DNA of 64,000 nt from contig JANPOS010000070.1 of assembly GCA_031428115.1 (NCBI GenBank), positions 97,418 to 161,417 of the forward strand. Direction: 5' to 3'. The notes under the pieces are model-generated. The model was not told the origin of the DNA. It ran no database searches and saw only the letters and a program-made list of their open reading frames with translations. This document shows, piece after piece, positions 38,425-49,173 of the stretch. The position numbers and the translations under genes are program-made. The DNA is from Novosphingobium sp. Lineage in GTDB: Bacteria > Pseudomonadota > Alphaproteobacteria > Sphingomonadales > Sphingomonadaceae. Numbering within the stretch: position 1 is the first letter of the stretch; each line of letters starts with the position of its first letter.

Positions 38425-39366
38425 TTGCGCATAGCCGTCGCCGACATCGGCGGCACCAATGCCCGCTTCGCCCTCGCCGAAGTGGCAGGCGGCACAGTGC
38501 GCGCGCTGGGTGAGCCGGTGGTGCTCAGCGCGAAAGACCATGCGGGGCTGGCTCAGGCATGGCAGGCGTTCGGGGCGATGCTGGCAGAGCCCTTGCCCCG
38601 CCATGCTGTTTTCGGGCTTGCCGGCCCAGTCACCGGTGGGCCGGTGCGCTTTGTCAATTCACACTGGGTGGTTGATCCGGCCAGCCTGCAAGGCGCGCTC
38701 GGGCTGGATCGCGCGCTGTTGCTCAACGATTTCGGCGCGATGGCACATGCGGCCCATGCGCTGCCGCCGGGCGATCTGGCGCATGTGCTGGGGCCCGACC
38801 TGCCGCTTCCAGCCCGGGGCGCGATCTCGGTGATTGGTCCAGGAACTGGCCTCGGCGTCGCCGTGCTCCAGCGGCGCGACGAAGGGCCGGTCGTGTTGGA
38901 AACTGAGGGCTCGCACATCCATTTCGCACCGCTGGACGGGGACGAAGCGCGGGTTTGCGCAGCCATCGCAGCGGCGCATGGCCGGGCCTCGGTGGAGCGG
39001 GTCGTCTCCGGGCCCGGGCTCGGCGAAGTTGTGCGCGCTTTCGATCCTGGCGACAGGCGAAGCGATGCCGACCTGTGGGCAGCGGCCATCGCCGGCGAAA
39101 TACCGCGCGCGCTGGACCTGTTCCTGGCGAGCTACGGGGCGGCGGTGGGCGATCTTTCGCTGGCGCACGGCGCGATGGGCGTGGTGCTGACCGGTGGGCT
39201 GACTGCCCGGCTGCGGGCGCTGCTTCCCACCAGCCGTTTTCACGCGCGCTTTTGCGACAAGGGGCGCTACCGTGCGCGAATGGAAGCCATGCCGATCAAA
39301 TTGATAACCCATCCGCAGCCTGGCCTGTTTGGTGCCGGCGCGGCCTTTGCGAGGGAATTGCCATGA
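38425..39366 (+). CDS. glk: glucokinase
   Basis: It has [15 protein letters not shown] (ATP-binding) and LNDFGA. The track ORF starts at 38269 inside the divergent gene; I prefer the TTG at 38425 after AAGGTAGGG. The start is uncertain. Confidence 0.85.
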   Translation: MRIAVADIGGTNARFALAEVAGGTVRALGEPVVLSAKDHAGLAQAWQAFGAMLAEPLPRHAVFGLAGPVTGGPVRFVNSHWVVDPASLQGALGLDRALLLNDFGAMAHAAHALPPGDLAHVLGPDLPLPARGAISVIGPGTGLGVAVLQRRDEGPVVLETEGSHIHFAPLDGDEARVCAAIAAAHGRASVERVVSGPGLGEVVRAFDPGDRRSDADLWAAAIAGEIPRALDLFLASYGAAVGDLSLAHGAMGVVLTGGLTARLRALLPTSRFHARFCDKGRYRARMEAMPIKLITHPQPGLFGAGAAFARELP

Positions 39367-39977
39367 GCCGGATCGATGCCCTGATGCGCCTGGCACCGGT
39401 AATCCCCGTGCTGGTGATCGAGGATGCAGCCCATGCCGAGCCGATTGCCCGGGCACTGGTTGCCGGCGGCCTGCCGGTGCTCGAAGTGACGCTGCGCACG
39501 CCGGTCGCGCTCGATGTCATCCGCGCGATGAGCCAGGTGCCCGGCGCGGTCGTCGGCGCGGGCACCGTGCTCAGCCCCGCCGATCTCGATGCGGCGCTGG
39601 AGGCGGGCGCGCAGTTCATCGTCTCGCCCGGCTTGACCCCGGCGCTGGGCACGGCGGCAGTGGCCTCTGGCGTGCCATTCCTGCCCGGCACGGCCAATGC
39701 CGCCGATATCATGCTCGGGCTCGATCTTGGCCTCACCCGCTTCAAGTTCTTTCCCGCCGAGGCATCGGGCGGGATTGCCGCCTTGAAAGCCATCTCCGCG
39801 CCTTTTGGCATGGCCCGCTTCTGCCCGACCGGGGGCATAACCCAGGCGAGCGCGGCGCAGTGGCTGGCGCTGGACGCGGTGCTGTGCGTTGGCGGCAGCT
39901 GGCTGGTGGGCAAGGGCGCGCCCGATCCGGCGGCAATCGAGGCAGCAGCGCGCGCGGCGGCGGCGCTCGCGAATTAA
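39363..39977 (+). CDS. eda: KHG/KDPG aldolase
   Basis: It has [24 protein letters not shown] and FKFFPAE (Schiff-base lysine context). It has an ATGA overlap with glk. Confidence 0.9.
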   Translation: MSRIDALMRLAPVIPVLVIEDAAHAEPIARALVAGGLPVLEVTLRTPVALDVIRAMSQVPGAVVGAGTVLSPADLDAALEAGAQFIVSPGLTPALGTAAVASGVPFLPGTANAADIMLGLDLGLTRFKFFPAEASGGIAALKAISAPFGMARFCPTGGITQASAAQWLALDAVLCVGGSWLVGKGAPDPAAIEAAARAAAALAN

Positions 39978-40096
39978 TCTATCGCCGGCCAGAAGCCCCG
40001 CTGCGACACAGCGCCGCCCGCACCGTGCTGGCAGGCTTGGGATCGCAAGCCTTTGCGGTTATGCTTATCGTCACCAATTGGCGTTAACGGGACCGC

Positions 40097-40738
40097 ATGA
40101 TGAAGCACCTCAAAGGAGCAGTGGCGCTCGGCCTGGCCGCTGTGGCAGCGATCGGTGTGGGCGCGGCGCTGGTGATGAGCGATCCGCCGCAGCGCCCGGC
40201 GAGTGCCCGCCAGGTCGTTGCCGCCGCGCGCGATACTGCCGCGCCGGCCGCTTCGCCAAGCCCTGCCCCGGTGGACGAGCGTTTTATCATCAAACGCATC
40301 CTGCCGATTTCCGGCCCGATCAAATATGGCGAATGGCACTGGGACGAGGCCAATGTCCCCGCTGGGCCGATTGTCATCACCGTCGATCTTGATGCCCGGG
40401 TAATCTCGATTTTCCGCGGCGGCCATGAGATCGGCGCGTCAGCGGTGCTGCTCGGCACCCAGGAAAAGCCGACCCCCACCGGCATCTTCCCGATCACCCA
40501 GAAGCGCCGCCACCACGTCTCGAACCTCTATGATGCACCGATGCCCTACATGCAGCGACTGACCGATGACGGCATCTCGCTGCACGCGACCAAGGTCGAG
40601 TGGGGCTATGCCAGCCACGGCTGCATCGGCATGCCCGAGGAGTTCGCCAAGAAGGTGTTCGCGACCACGCAAGTCGGCGACCGCGTCATCATCACCCGCG
40701 GCAAGCAGGTCGGCATCGGGGATTCGCTGATTTCGTGA
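40097..40738 (+). CDS. L,D-transpeptidase (YkuD domain) protein
   Basis: It has a signal peptide and the catalytic motif HATKVEWGYASHGCIGM. Confidence 0.85.
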   Translation: MMKHLKGAVALGLAAVAAIGVGAALVMSDPPQRPASARQVVAAARDTAAPAASPSPAPVDERFIIKRILPISGPIKYGEWHWDEANVPAGPIVITVDLDARVISIFRGGHEIGASAVLLGTQEKPTPTGIFPITQKRRHHVSNLYDAPMPYMQRLTDDGISLHATKVEWGYASHGCIGMPEEFAKKVFATTQVGDRVIITRGKQVGIGDSLIS

Positions 40739-40757
40739 GCCCGGGCCTGCCGGGCGA

Positions 40758-42080
40758 TCAGACTTTGCCGGCAGCCCCGATCATTTCCTCAACCCGCACG
40801 AATTTCTCGCGCGGCGCGCCCTCGCGGGCGCGGGCATTTTCCGCCTCTTCGATCTTCTTCCAGTCGCGGAAAGTCACGACCTTGAGACCGCGCGCCTCGG
40901 CCAGCGCATCGAAGCCCGCACGGCCATTCCTGCTTCCGCCCGGAAGCGAGCCGGCAGCGATATCTTCGGCAATGCGCTCGACAATCGCGAAGCCGTCGGG
41001 CTTGTTGGTGCCGATCGTGCCCGATGGCCCGCGCCGGGCCCAGCCGACGCAGTAGAGCCCGGGCAGGATGCGCCCTTCGTCGTTGGCGAAACGGCCGGCG
41101 TTTTCCTCGAAGGGCACGCCATCGATGGGCGAAGTCTGGTAGCCGATGCAGATCACCACGAGGTCGGCCGGCACCACATAAATTTCTCCGGTGCCGACCG
41201 CACGGCCAGCTTCCAGCCGGGTGCGCTCGACTTCGACCCCGGTTACCTTGTCGTCCCCCAGAATCGCCCTTGGCGCTGCGAAGAAATCAAAAGCAATATC
41301 AATTGCTTTATCCTCGCGGTGGGCCTCCGGGATCGCGGCGAAGCTGCGCAGGTGGGTAACCGACTTGCGCTGGCCGGGTTCGAGCAAGGCATCTTCGCCC
41401 TGGTCAGGCAAATCGGCAGCATCGACGCGCGGGCAGGCGCGGGTCAGGTGGCCGAGCTCGCCCAGTTCCTTCGGCGTCATGGCGATCTGGTGGGGCCCGC
41501 GCCGGCCGAGGATGACGATCTGCTCGGTCTTCGCCACTTCCAGCGCATCGAGCGCGTGGTTGACGATGTCACTGCCGCCAAATTCGCTGCGGGTCTTGGC
41601 CAGGATCCGCGCCACATCCAGCGCGACGTTGCCATTGCCGATCACCACGGCGTTGCGGCCGGTGAAATCAGGGTCATGCGTGGCGAATTCGGGATGCCCG
41701 TTATACCAGCCGACGAATGCGGCACTGCCGAAGACATTCGCCAGATCCTCGCCTGGCATCCCCGCTTTCTTGTCGTGCGGCGCGCCGGTGGCCAGCACCA
41801 CGGCATCATAGAGTTCATGCAGTTCGGCAATGGCCACATCGCGGCCCACCATGACATTGCCGACGAAGCGCACATTGTCGGACAGATTGGTCGCTTCGTA
41901 GCGCCGGGAAACCGCCTTGATCGATTGGTGATCCGGCGCAACGCCGCTGCGGATAAGCCCGTAAGGCACAGGAAGCATGTCGAAAATGTCGACCCGCACT
42001 TCCTCGCCCCACTGCTTCAGCGCGGCTTCGGCAGTGTAATAGCCCGCAGGTCCGGATCCAATGATAGCTACGTGCCGCAC
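40758..42080 (-). CDS. FAD-dependent NADPH:ferredoxin reductase (FprA / adrenodoxin-reductase-like)
   Basis: It has VAIIGSGPAGYYTAEA and a second Rossmann motif VVIGNGNVALDVARIL. The 440 aa length matches the FprA type. Confidence 0.8.
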   Translation of the reverse strand: MRHVAIIGSGPAGYYTAEAALKQWGEEVRVDIFDMLPVPYGLIRSGVAPDHQSIKAVSRRYEATNLSDNVRFVGNVMVGRDVAIAELHELYDAVVLATGAPHDKKAGMPGEDLANVFGSAAFVGWYNGHPEFATHDPDFTGRNAVVIGNGNVALDVARILAKTRSEFGGSDIVNHALDALEVAKTEQIVILGRRGPHQIAMTPKELGELGHLTRACPRVDAADLPDQGEDALLEPGQRKSVTHLRSFAAIPEAHREDKAIDIAFDFFAAPRAILGDDKVTGVEVERTRLEAGRAVGTGEIYVVPADLVVICIGYQTSPIDGVPFEENAGRFANDEGRILPGLYCVGWARRGPSGTIGTNKPDGFAIVERIAEDIAAGSLPGGSRNGRAGFDALAEARGLKVVTFRDWKKIEEAENARAREGAPREKFVRVEEMIGAAGKV

Positions 42081-42238
42081 AAACAGCCCCTCCCGTCAGG
42101 CCAATTATCGTCTTGCCGATTTCATCGACCAAAATCCGCTGGTGCGAAAGCGAAAAATGCACCGCCGGGCAGCCGCGATTTTCACCACCGAATCAGTCAT
42201 GCTTAACGCTTTTTCAAGCGCATCTGGTCCATGGACCA

Positions 42239-44980
42239 ATGATGACTGCCGCAAGGGACAATCAGATCGGGCTCGCCCCGCCAGGCGCGCCGCCCAATGT
42301 GCCGGCAAGTGCGCCGGAAACTGCGCCGCTCCCGCGGCGCGAACCGGAAGGCGCCCCAGCCGCAGGCAGGCTGCGCGGTGGCGCGGGGCGCGGCCAGGCA
42401 GGAAGTGCTTCGGTCACCCCGATTGGCCGGCACTCTGCCCATTTCCTGGTCGCCGGGGAATGGGCGTTCATGGCACCGGTGATGGCGCTGAGCCTGCTGA
42501 TTGCCAGCCTGCTCCAGCTGGCTTTCCCGCCGATCGTGGTGATCGGGCTGACTATCACGGCGATTGCCCTGGCCGGCGCCACCAAGATCTTCATCAATTT
42601 CGAGCGCACGCCCGGTCGCAGCACATCCATGCGCTATCTTGCCGCGATCATCGCCATTGCCCTGCCGATGCAACTGTTCGGCTTCGGCATGGCGCTCTGG
42701 GCCGGCCAGGGCGGTCTCGATTGGCCGATCGTGATCGCCGTCATCGCGATCAACGGCGCGGTAGTCTCGATCTCGCTGACCAGCCGCCTGCCGGCCATGG
42801 TGGCCGGACAGATCGCGCTGTGGACCGGCCTGTGCCTGGTATCGCCGTCGCTGAGCACGGTGCTGGGTCTATTGACGGGCTGCGGGCTCGGCGTGCTTGC
42901 AGCCTTGCTGCAAGGCCACCGCGACCGCGCGATTGATGCCCAGCAGCGCGAGCTTGAGCGCGTGCAGGTCCGCGCCGAACGCCTGCTCGCCGAATACGAA
43001 CAGACCGGGCTCGGCTGGTTCTGGGAAACCGACCGGCGCGGTACGATTTCCTATCTATCCTCGCCGATCTGCCGCCTGCTGGGCCGCAAGGCAGACGAAC
43101 TGATCGGCAAGCCGTTTACCGATCTCTTCATCCTTGACGAGAGCAACCGCGAGGGCGAGCGGACGCTGAACTTCCACCTTTCCGCACGTTCATCGTTCCA
43201 CGAGCTTGCCGTAAGAGCCGCGACGCCGGACGAGGAGGAGCGCTGGTGGTCGGTTTCGGGCCGGCCGATGCACGACAGCTTCAACAATTTCGTCGGATTT
43301 CGCGGCTCGGGCACCGATCTTACCGAAAAGCGCCGCAGCCAGGAGGACGCCTCGCGCCTGGCGCACTTTGATTCGCTGACCAGCCTGGCCAACCGCTTCC
43401 AGATGTCGCAGACGCTGGAGAAGCTCCTCAATGCCCAGCGCATCGACCAGCGGGACTGCGCGGTATTCCTGCTCGATCTCGACCGCTTCAAGCAGATCAA
43501 CGATACCATGGGCCATCCTGCCGGCGACGCGCTGCTCACCCAGGTCGCCCAACGGCTCGAGCGCACGGTTGACAGCGCGGGCCGCGTCGGCCGGCTGGGC
43601 GGTGACGAATTCCAGGTCATCATCCCCGGCGCGCTGCGCCGCGAAGACCTCGCCCAACTGGCGCAGCGCATCATCGAGAACCTATCGCATCCCTATTCGA
43701 TTGAAGGGCATAGCGCGGTCATCGGCGTTTCGATCGGCATTGCTATCTCGCCCGATGACGGGGTGACCAGCGAGGCGCTGATCCGCAATGCCGATCTTGC
43801 GCTCTATGCGGCCAAAGACGGCGGGCGCGGCCGCCATCACTTCTATGCCTCCGACCTGCACAGCGACGCCGAAGCGCGCCGCCAGCTCGAACACGACCTG
43901 CGCGACGCGCTCGCCAGCGGCGGGCTGGAGCTGCACTATCAGCCGGTCGTGCAGACCACGACCGAGAAGATTACCGGCTTCGAGGCCCTGCTGCGCTGGA
44001 ACCACCCACGGCTTGGCGCGCTTTCGCCGACAAAATTCATCCCGCTCGCCGAAGAAACCGGGCTGATCGCCCAGATTGGCGAATGGGCACTGCGCACCGC
44101 CTGCCAGGATCTGGCGCGCTGGCCCGAAACGGTGCGCGTGGCGGTGAACGTCTCGCCGCTGCAATTCGCCAATCCTGCGCTGCCCGCGATCGTCACCAGC
44201 GCACTTGCGGCTGCCCAGATCAACCCCGAGCGGCTTGAGCTGGAGATCACCGAAAGCGTGTTCCTGAACGACGATGCGGGCACTGACGCGATGTTCGCCG
44301 CGCTTAAACGCATCGGCGTGCGGCTTTCGCTTGATGACTTCGGCACCGGCTATTCCTCGCTCGGCTATCTCAAGAAGGCACCTTTCGACAAGATCAAGAT
44401 TGACCAGAGCTTTGTCCGCGGCGCCACGATGCCGGGCAGCCGCAACGGCGCGATCATCGCCGCGATTGTCAGTCTTGCCGAAGCACTGGGCATGGAAACC
44501 ACGGCCGAAGGCGTTGAAACACTCGACGAACTCGATCTGGTCCGCATGTTGGGGTGCAGCCACATCCAGGGCTTCATCTATGACCGGCCGCTCACCGCAG
44601 AATCCGCTTCAAAGAGGCTGGAAACCGGGTTGATCGCCATCGCCAAGGGCCCGCGTGCGGCGCGATCACGCCGCCACACCATGCTGCGCAAGGTGGTGCT
44701 CGATCATCAGGGCGAGCGTTATCAGGGTACGATCCGCAACATCTCGTCCAGCGGCGCGATGATTGAGGGGCTGTGGAATGTGCCACCCGGCACCCACTTC
44801 GAGCTTCAAGTGTCCGAAAGCCGCACGATCGGCGCGCTGGTCCGTTGGGCGCAGCAGGATCGTATCGGAGTGCAGTTCGCCGAAGCGCTCGATCTCGATG
44901 AAGCGGGCCGCTTCCTGCCCGCCCCTCTGCGGCCGTTGCGCAAGCCCGGCGAAGGCGTGCTGCTGCGCAAGGCGGGATGA
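42239..44980 (+). CDS. membrane-anchored PAS-GGDEF-EAL-PilZ c-di-GMP protein
   Basis: It has N-terminal TM helices and a PAS-like segment (GLGWFWETDRRGTISYLS). The GGDEF (RLGGDEFQV) and EAL (FEALLRW, ELEITE, DDFGTGYSSL, KIDQSF, EGVE) motifs are intact. A C-terminal PilZ domain follows (RRHTMLRK...RNISSSGAMIEG). The start is uncertain; the track ORF opens at 42113. Confidence 0.85.
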   Translation: MMTAARDNQIGLAPPGAPPNVPASAPETAPLPRREPEGAPAAGRLRGGAGRGQAGSASVTPIGRHSAHFLVAGEWAFMAPVMALSLLIASLLQLAFPPIVVIGLTITAIALAGATKIFINFERTPGRSTSMRYLAAIIAIALPMQLFGFGMALWAGQGGLDWPIVIAVIAINGAVVSISLTSRLPAMVAGQIALWTGLCLVSPSLSTVLGLLTGCGLGVLAALLQGHRDRAIDAQQRELERVQVRAERLLAEYEQTGLGWFWETDRRGTISYLSSPICRLLGRKADELIGKPFTDLFILDESNREGERTLNFHLSARSSFHELAVRAATPDEEERWWSVSGRPMHDSFNNFVGFRGSGTDLTEKRRSQEDASRLAHFDSLTSLANRFQMSQTLEKLLNAQRIDQRDCAVFLLDLDRFKQINDTMGHPAGDALLTQVAQRLERTVDSAGRVGRLGGDEFQVIIPGALRREDLAQLAQRIIENLSHPYSIEGHSAVIGVSIGIAISPDDGVTSEALIRNADLALYAAKDGGRGRHHFYASDLHSDAEARRQLEHDLRDALASGGLELHYQPVVQTTTEKITGFEALLRWNHPRLGALSPTKFIPLAEETGLIAQIGEWALRTACQDLARWPETVRVAVNVSPLQFANPALPAIVTSALAAAQINPERLELEITESVFLNDDAGTDAMFAALKRIGVRLSLDDFGTGYSSLGYLKKAPFDKIKIDQSFVRGATMPGSRNGAIIAAIVSLAEALGMETTAEGVETLDELDLVRMLGCSHIQGFIYDRPLTAESASKRLETGLIAIAKGPRAARSRRHTMLRKVVLDHQGERYQGTIRNISSSGAMIEGLWNVPPGTHFELQVSESRTIGALVRWAQQDRIGVQFAEALDLDEAGRFLPAPLRPLRKPGEGVLLRKAG

Positions 44981-45077
44981 CCACGCGCAGGTGCGCCTGG
45001 CGGAATTAGCCATTTCTAAACCACGAAGTTCTACACTGCGGTTCGTCAACTTGTTGGCAATTTATCGGAGTGGTTTC

Positions 45078-47312
45078 TTGGCCGGACAGGGCGCAAACGG
45101 TGTAGGCAGGCTGCGCAGCCTGCTGGGAGGTCGGCCCTCGGGCGCGCCCCGGCCGGCGCCGCTGCTCGCCAGCAAGGACGAGTTGCAGCAGGCGCGCATG
45201 CTGCTTCACGATTACGAATGTTCGGGGCAGGGCTGGTTCTGGTCAAGCGATGCCCAGGGCCAGATTGCCTATCTTTCGCCAGGCGTTGCCCAGCAACTTG
45301 GCCTTGAGGCAAGCGAACTGCAGGGCCGCCCCTTCCATTCGCTGTTCATCCTCGAACGCGACGAGGACGACAGTGTCGAGCGGACGCTGCCGTTGATCTT
45401 CAGCGCCAGCAAGACCTTTTCCGGCCTCACTATCCGCGCCGCCAGGGAAGATCGCGAGATCTGGTGGTCGATTTCCGGTCGGCCCCAGTTCAGCCCGGCA
45501 GGCGACTTTTGCGGCTATCTCGGCAATGGCGTGGACATCACCGCGAGCCGCCAGCTGCAAAAGGACGCCTCGCGCCTCGCGCTGTTCGATTCGCTCACCG
45601 GGCTGTCAAACCGCCATGCAATGGACAAGCGCCTGGCTTCGGTGCTGTCTGCCTATCGCGCCGCCAAGCGCAGCTGTGCGCTGTTCATGCTCGATCTCGA
45701 CCGGTTCAAGGCAGTAAACGACACACTGGGCCATCCAGCGGGCGATGCTCTGCTCAAGCAGGTCGCCGAGCGGCTGCGGCAGGTGGTCGACAAGAGCGGC
45801 GAGATCGGCCGGCTGGGCGGCGACGAATTCCAGATTCTGCTGCCCGACATCGACGATCGCGGCCGCCTGGGCGAGTTGAGCAGCAAGATCATCGATATGC
45901 TCTCGCAGCCCTATTCACTGGGGGAAAACCGCTGCGTGATCGGCGCATCAGTCGGCATCGCCATCGCACCCTATGACGGGGTCGAGCCGGGCGAGCTGGT
46001 CCGCAATGCCGACCTTGCGCTCTATGCCGCCAAGGATGGCGGTCGCGGCCAGTTCCGCTTCTATTCCAGTGACCTGCAGATCGAGGCGGCGCGCAATCGG
46101 CAGATCGCGGCCGACCTTCGCGAGGCGCTGGTGCGCGATGAAATAAGCCTCGAATACCAGCCGCTGGTCGAGGCGGCATCGAACAAGGTTGTTGCGCTCA
46201 AGGCCTTCCTGCGCTGGGACCATCCCGACCTTGGCGAAGTAGCGCCCGCGGTTTTCCTGCCGATCGCCGAAGAAACCAAGATGATCGGTCCGCTGGGCGA
46301 CTGGGCGATCAGGCAGGCCTGCGACGATGCAGTGCAGTTGCCGGGGAACATCAAGGTCGCCGTCAGCGTTTCGGCGGCACAGCTTGCCACGGGCGAGCTG
46401 CCGGTGGTGGTGACCCAGGCCTTGGCCAATTCGGAACTGGCGTCTGATCGGCTGGAACTCGAATTTGCCGAATCCATTCTCGCCAGCGAGGCCCAGCTGG
46501 CTGACGCCATGTTCGATTCGCTCAAGATCCTTGGCGTGCGGCTGGTGCTCGACCGCTTCGGCACCGGCTTTTCCTCGCTCGCCAATCTGCGCACCGGGCC
46601 ATTCGACAAGCTCAAGTTCGGCGCCGCCTTCATTCGCGGCGCGACCGAACCCGGCAGCCGCAACGGCGCGATAATCAAGGCCATCGTTGAGCTGGCGCAA
46701 TCGCTGGGGCTCGATGTGGCAGCTGACGGCATCGAGGCGAGCGATGAACTGGCGCTGATGCGCAAGCTGAAAGTGGGCCAGATTCAGGGTGACATCTTTG
46801 CCGCCGCGGTCAGCTATGCCGAAGTCGTCGAAGCGCTTGCCAGCGGCGAATGGGTGATCGAACCCGATGGCCCAAGCCGCTATCGCTATGAGCGCAGGAC
46901 CGTCTACCGCAAGGTCGGGGTGATCCATGAGGACTACCGTTACGAGGTGACGATGCGCAACCTCTCGCGCACCGGCTGCCTGGTCGATGGCCTCGTCGAT
47001 GTCCCGCTGGACACTCCCTTTGTCGTCGATTTCGGCGCTGGACAGCTTGCCGTGGCCAAAGTCAAACGCTCGGCAGGCTCAATGCAGGGGCTCGAGTTCG
47101 AGCTGCCAATGGTCGATGACGGGGCTGGCGGCCTGGTGACGCGGAACCGCATCTCGCCCTATGCGCTCGCGGCGGCCGGGATGCCGCTCGGCGCATTGCC
47201 CCCGGGCAGCTATCCGCTGGACCTGGCAACCAGCGGCGGCGCGGCCAAGCTGGGCACACCCAAATTTGCCGAAGCGCATGACGGGGCGAAAAAAGCGATG
47301 CGGCTGGGTTGA
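45078..47312 (+). CDS. cytoplasmic PAS-GGDEF-(degenerate EAL)-PilZ protein, paralog of the preceding gene
   Basis: It has a PAS-like segment (GQGWFWSSDAQGQIAYLS) and an intact GGDEF (RLGGDEFQI). EAL positions are substituted (KAF for EAL, LDRFGTG for DDFGTG, KFG for KID). A PilZ domain follows (RRTVYRK...RNLSRTGCLVDG). I propose the TTG at 45078, 7 nt after GGAG. The first ATG is at 45198, inside a helix that aligns to the paralog. Confidence 0.8.
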   Translation: MAGQGANGVGRLRSLLGGRPSGAPRPAPLLASKDELQQARMLLHDYECSGQGWFWSSDAQGQIAYLSPGVAQQLGLEASELQGRPFHSLFILERDEDDSVERTLPLIFSASKTFSGLTIRAAREDREIWWSISGRPQFSPAGDFCGYLGNGVDITASRQLQKDASRLALFDSLTGLSNRHAMDKRLASVLSAYRAAKRSCALFMLDLDRFKAVNDTLGHPAGDALLKQVAERLRQVVDKSGEIGRLGGDEFQILLPDIDDRGRLGELSSKIIDMLSQPYSLGENRCVIGASVGIAIAPYDGVEPGELVRNADLALYAAKDGGRGQFRFYSSDLQIEAARNRQIAADLREALVRDEISLEYQPLVEAASNKVVALKAFLRWDHPDLGEVAPAVFLPIAEETKMIGPLGDWAIRQACDDAVQLPGNIKVAVSVSAAQLATGELPVVVTQALANSELASDRLELEFAESILASEAQLADAMFDSLKILGVRLVLDRFGTGFSSLANLRTGPFDKLKFGAAFIRGATEPGSRNGAIIKAIVELAQSLGLDVAADGIEASDELALMRKLKVGQIQGDIFAAAVSYAEVVEALASGEWVIEPDGPSRYRYERRTVYRKVGVIHEDYRYEVTMRNLSRTGCLVDGLVDVPLDTPFVVDFGAGQLAVAKVKRSAGSMQGLEFELPMVDDGAGGLVTRNRISPYALAAAGMPLGALPPGSYPLDLATSGGAAKLGTPKFAEAHDGAKKAMRLG

Positions 47313-47355
47313 ACGCGCTGCTGACAGCGGGGCCACGCCCTGCTAACGGCGCGCG

Positions 47356-49173
47356 ATGACTGAACTCGCGCAAATCCGTAATTTTTCCATCATCGCTCAC
47401 ATCGACCACGGCAAGTCGACGCTCGCTGACCGGCTGATTCAGCACACCGGCGGGCTCACCGAGCGCGAGATGTCCGCGCAAGTGCTTGATAACATGGACA
47501 TCGAGAAAGAGCGCGGGATCACCATCAAGGCGCAGACCGTCCGCCTGCGCTACACCGCGAACGACGGAATCGAATACGAGCTCAACCTGATGGACACGCC
47601 GGGCCACGTCGATTTCGCCTACGAGGTCAGCCGCAGCCTCGCGGCTTGCGAAGGCGCGCTCTTGGTCGTCGATGCCGCGCAAGGCGTCGAGGCGCAGACG
47701 CTGGCGAACGTTTACCAGTCGATCGAACACGACCACGAGATCGTGCCGGTGATCAACAAGATCGACCTGCCCGCCGCCGAACCCGAAAAAGTCCGCGCCG
47801 AAATCGAGGAAGTCATCGGCCTCGACGCCAGCCAGGCGGTGCTCACCAGCGCCAAGTCCGGCATCGGCATCGCCGAAGTGCTCGAAGCCATCGTCACGCG
47901 CATCCCGCCCCCCAAGGGCGACCGCAATGCCCCGCTGAAAGCCATGCTGGTCGACTCATGGTACGACCCCTACCTCGGCGTCGTCATCCTCGTCCGCGTC
48001 ATCGACGGGGTGATCAAGAAGGGCCTGCGCGTCAAATTCATGGCCGGCGGCACCGAGCACCTGATCGACCGCACCGGCTGCATGCGCCCCAAGATCGAAC
48101 AGCTCGAGGAACTCGGCCCCGGCGAGATCGGCTTCATCACCGCGCAGATCAAGGAAGTGGCCCAGGCGCGCGTCGGCGACACCATAACCACGGTGCAGAA
48201 CGGTGCCACCAAGGCGCTGGCGGGCTTCAAGCAAGTCCAGCCGGTGGTGTTCTGCGGCCTGTTCCCGGTCGACGCGGCGGACTTCGAGAAGCTGCGCGAG
48301 TCCATCGCCCGCCTGCGCCTCAACGATGCCAGCTTCAGCTTCGAAATGGAATCAAGCGCCGCATTGGGCTTCGGCTTCCGCTGCGGTTTCCTCGGCCTGC
48401 TGCATCTGGAAATCATCCAGGAGCGCCTGACCCGCGAATACGACCTCGACCTGATCACCACCGCGCCCTCCGTCGTCTATCGCATCCAGCTGCGCAAAAG
48501 CAAAACCGACGACGCCCGCGAAATCTACCTCCACAACCCGTCGGACTACCCCGACCCCAGCCGCATCGAACAGATCGACGAGCCGTGGATCAAGGCGACG
48601 ATCTACACGCCCGACGAATACCTCGGCTCGATCCTCAAGCTCTGCCAGGATCGCCGCGGGGTGCAGACCGGGCTGACTTACGTCGGCGGCCGCGCCCAGG
48701 TCAGCTACGAGCTGCCGCTCAACGAAGTCGTGTTCGATTTCTACGACCGGCTCAAAAGCATCAGCCGCGGCTATGCCTCCTTCGATTACGAACAGATCGG
48801 CCTGCGCGAAGGCGACCTCGTCAAGATGTCGATCCTGGTCAACGCCGAACCGGTCGACGCGCTCTCGATGATCGTCCACCGCGGCGTCGCCGAAGATCGC
48901 GGCCGCCACATGTGCGAACGCCTCAAAGACCTGATCCCGCGCCACTTGTTCAAGATCCCGGTGCAGGCCGCGATCGGCGGCAAAGTCATCGCGCGGGAAA
49001 CCATCGCCGCGATGCGCAAGGACGTGACGGCCAAATGCTATGGCGGCGACATCAGCCGCAAGAAGAAGCTGCTCGACAAGCAGAAGAAGGGCAAGGCAAG
49101 GATGCGGGAGTATGGGAATGTCTCGATCCCCCAGGAAGCCTTCATTGCCGCGCTGCGCATGGGCGAGGAATAG
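47356..49173 (+). CDS. lepA: elongation factor 4
   Basis: It has [28 protein letters not shown] and NKIDL GTPase motifs and the LepA C-terminal domain. Confidence 0.97.
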   Translation: MTELAQIRNFSIIAHIDHGKSTLADRLIQHTGGLTEREMSAQVLDNMDIEKERGITIKAQTVRLRYTANDGIEYELNLMDTPGHVDFAYEVSRSLAACEGALLVVDAAQGVEAQTLANVYQSIEHDHEIVPVINKIDLPAAEPEKVRAEIEEVIGLDASQAVLTSAKSGIGIAEVLEAIVTRIPPPKGDRNAPLKAMLVDSWYDPYLGVVILVRVIDGVIKKGLRVKFMAGGTEHLIDRTGCMRPKIEQLEELGPGEIGFITAQIKEVAQARVGDTITTVQNGATKALAGFKQVQPVVFCGLFPVDAADFEKLRESIARLRLNDASFSFEMESSAALGFGFRCGFLGLLHLEIIQERLTREYDLDLITTAPSVVYRIQLRKSKTDDAREIYLHNPSDYPDPSRIEQIDEPWIKATIYTPDEYLGSILKLCQDRRGVQTGLTYVGGRAQVSYELPLNEVVFDFYDRLKSISRGYASFDYEQIGLREGDLVKMSILVNAEPVDALSMIVHRGVAEDRGRHMCERLKDLIPRHLFKIPVQAAIGGKVIARETIAAMRKDVTAKCYGGDISRKKKLLDKQKKGKARMREYGNVSIPQEAFIAALRMGEE

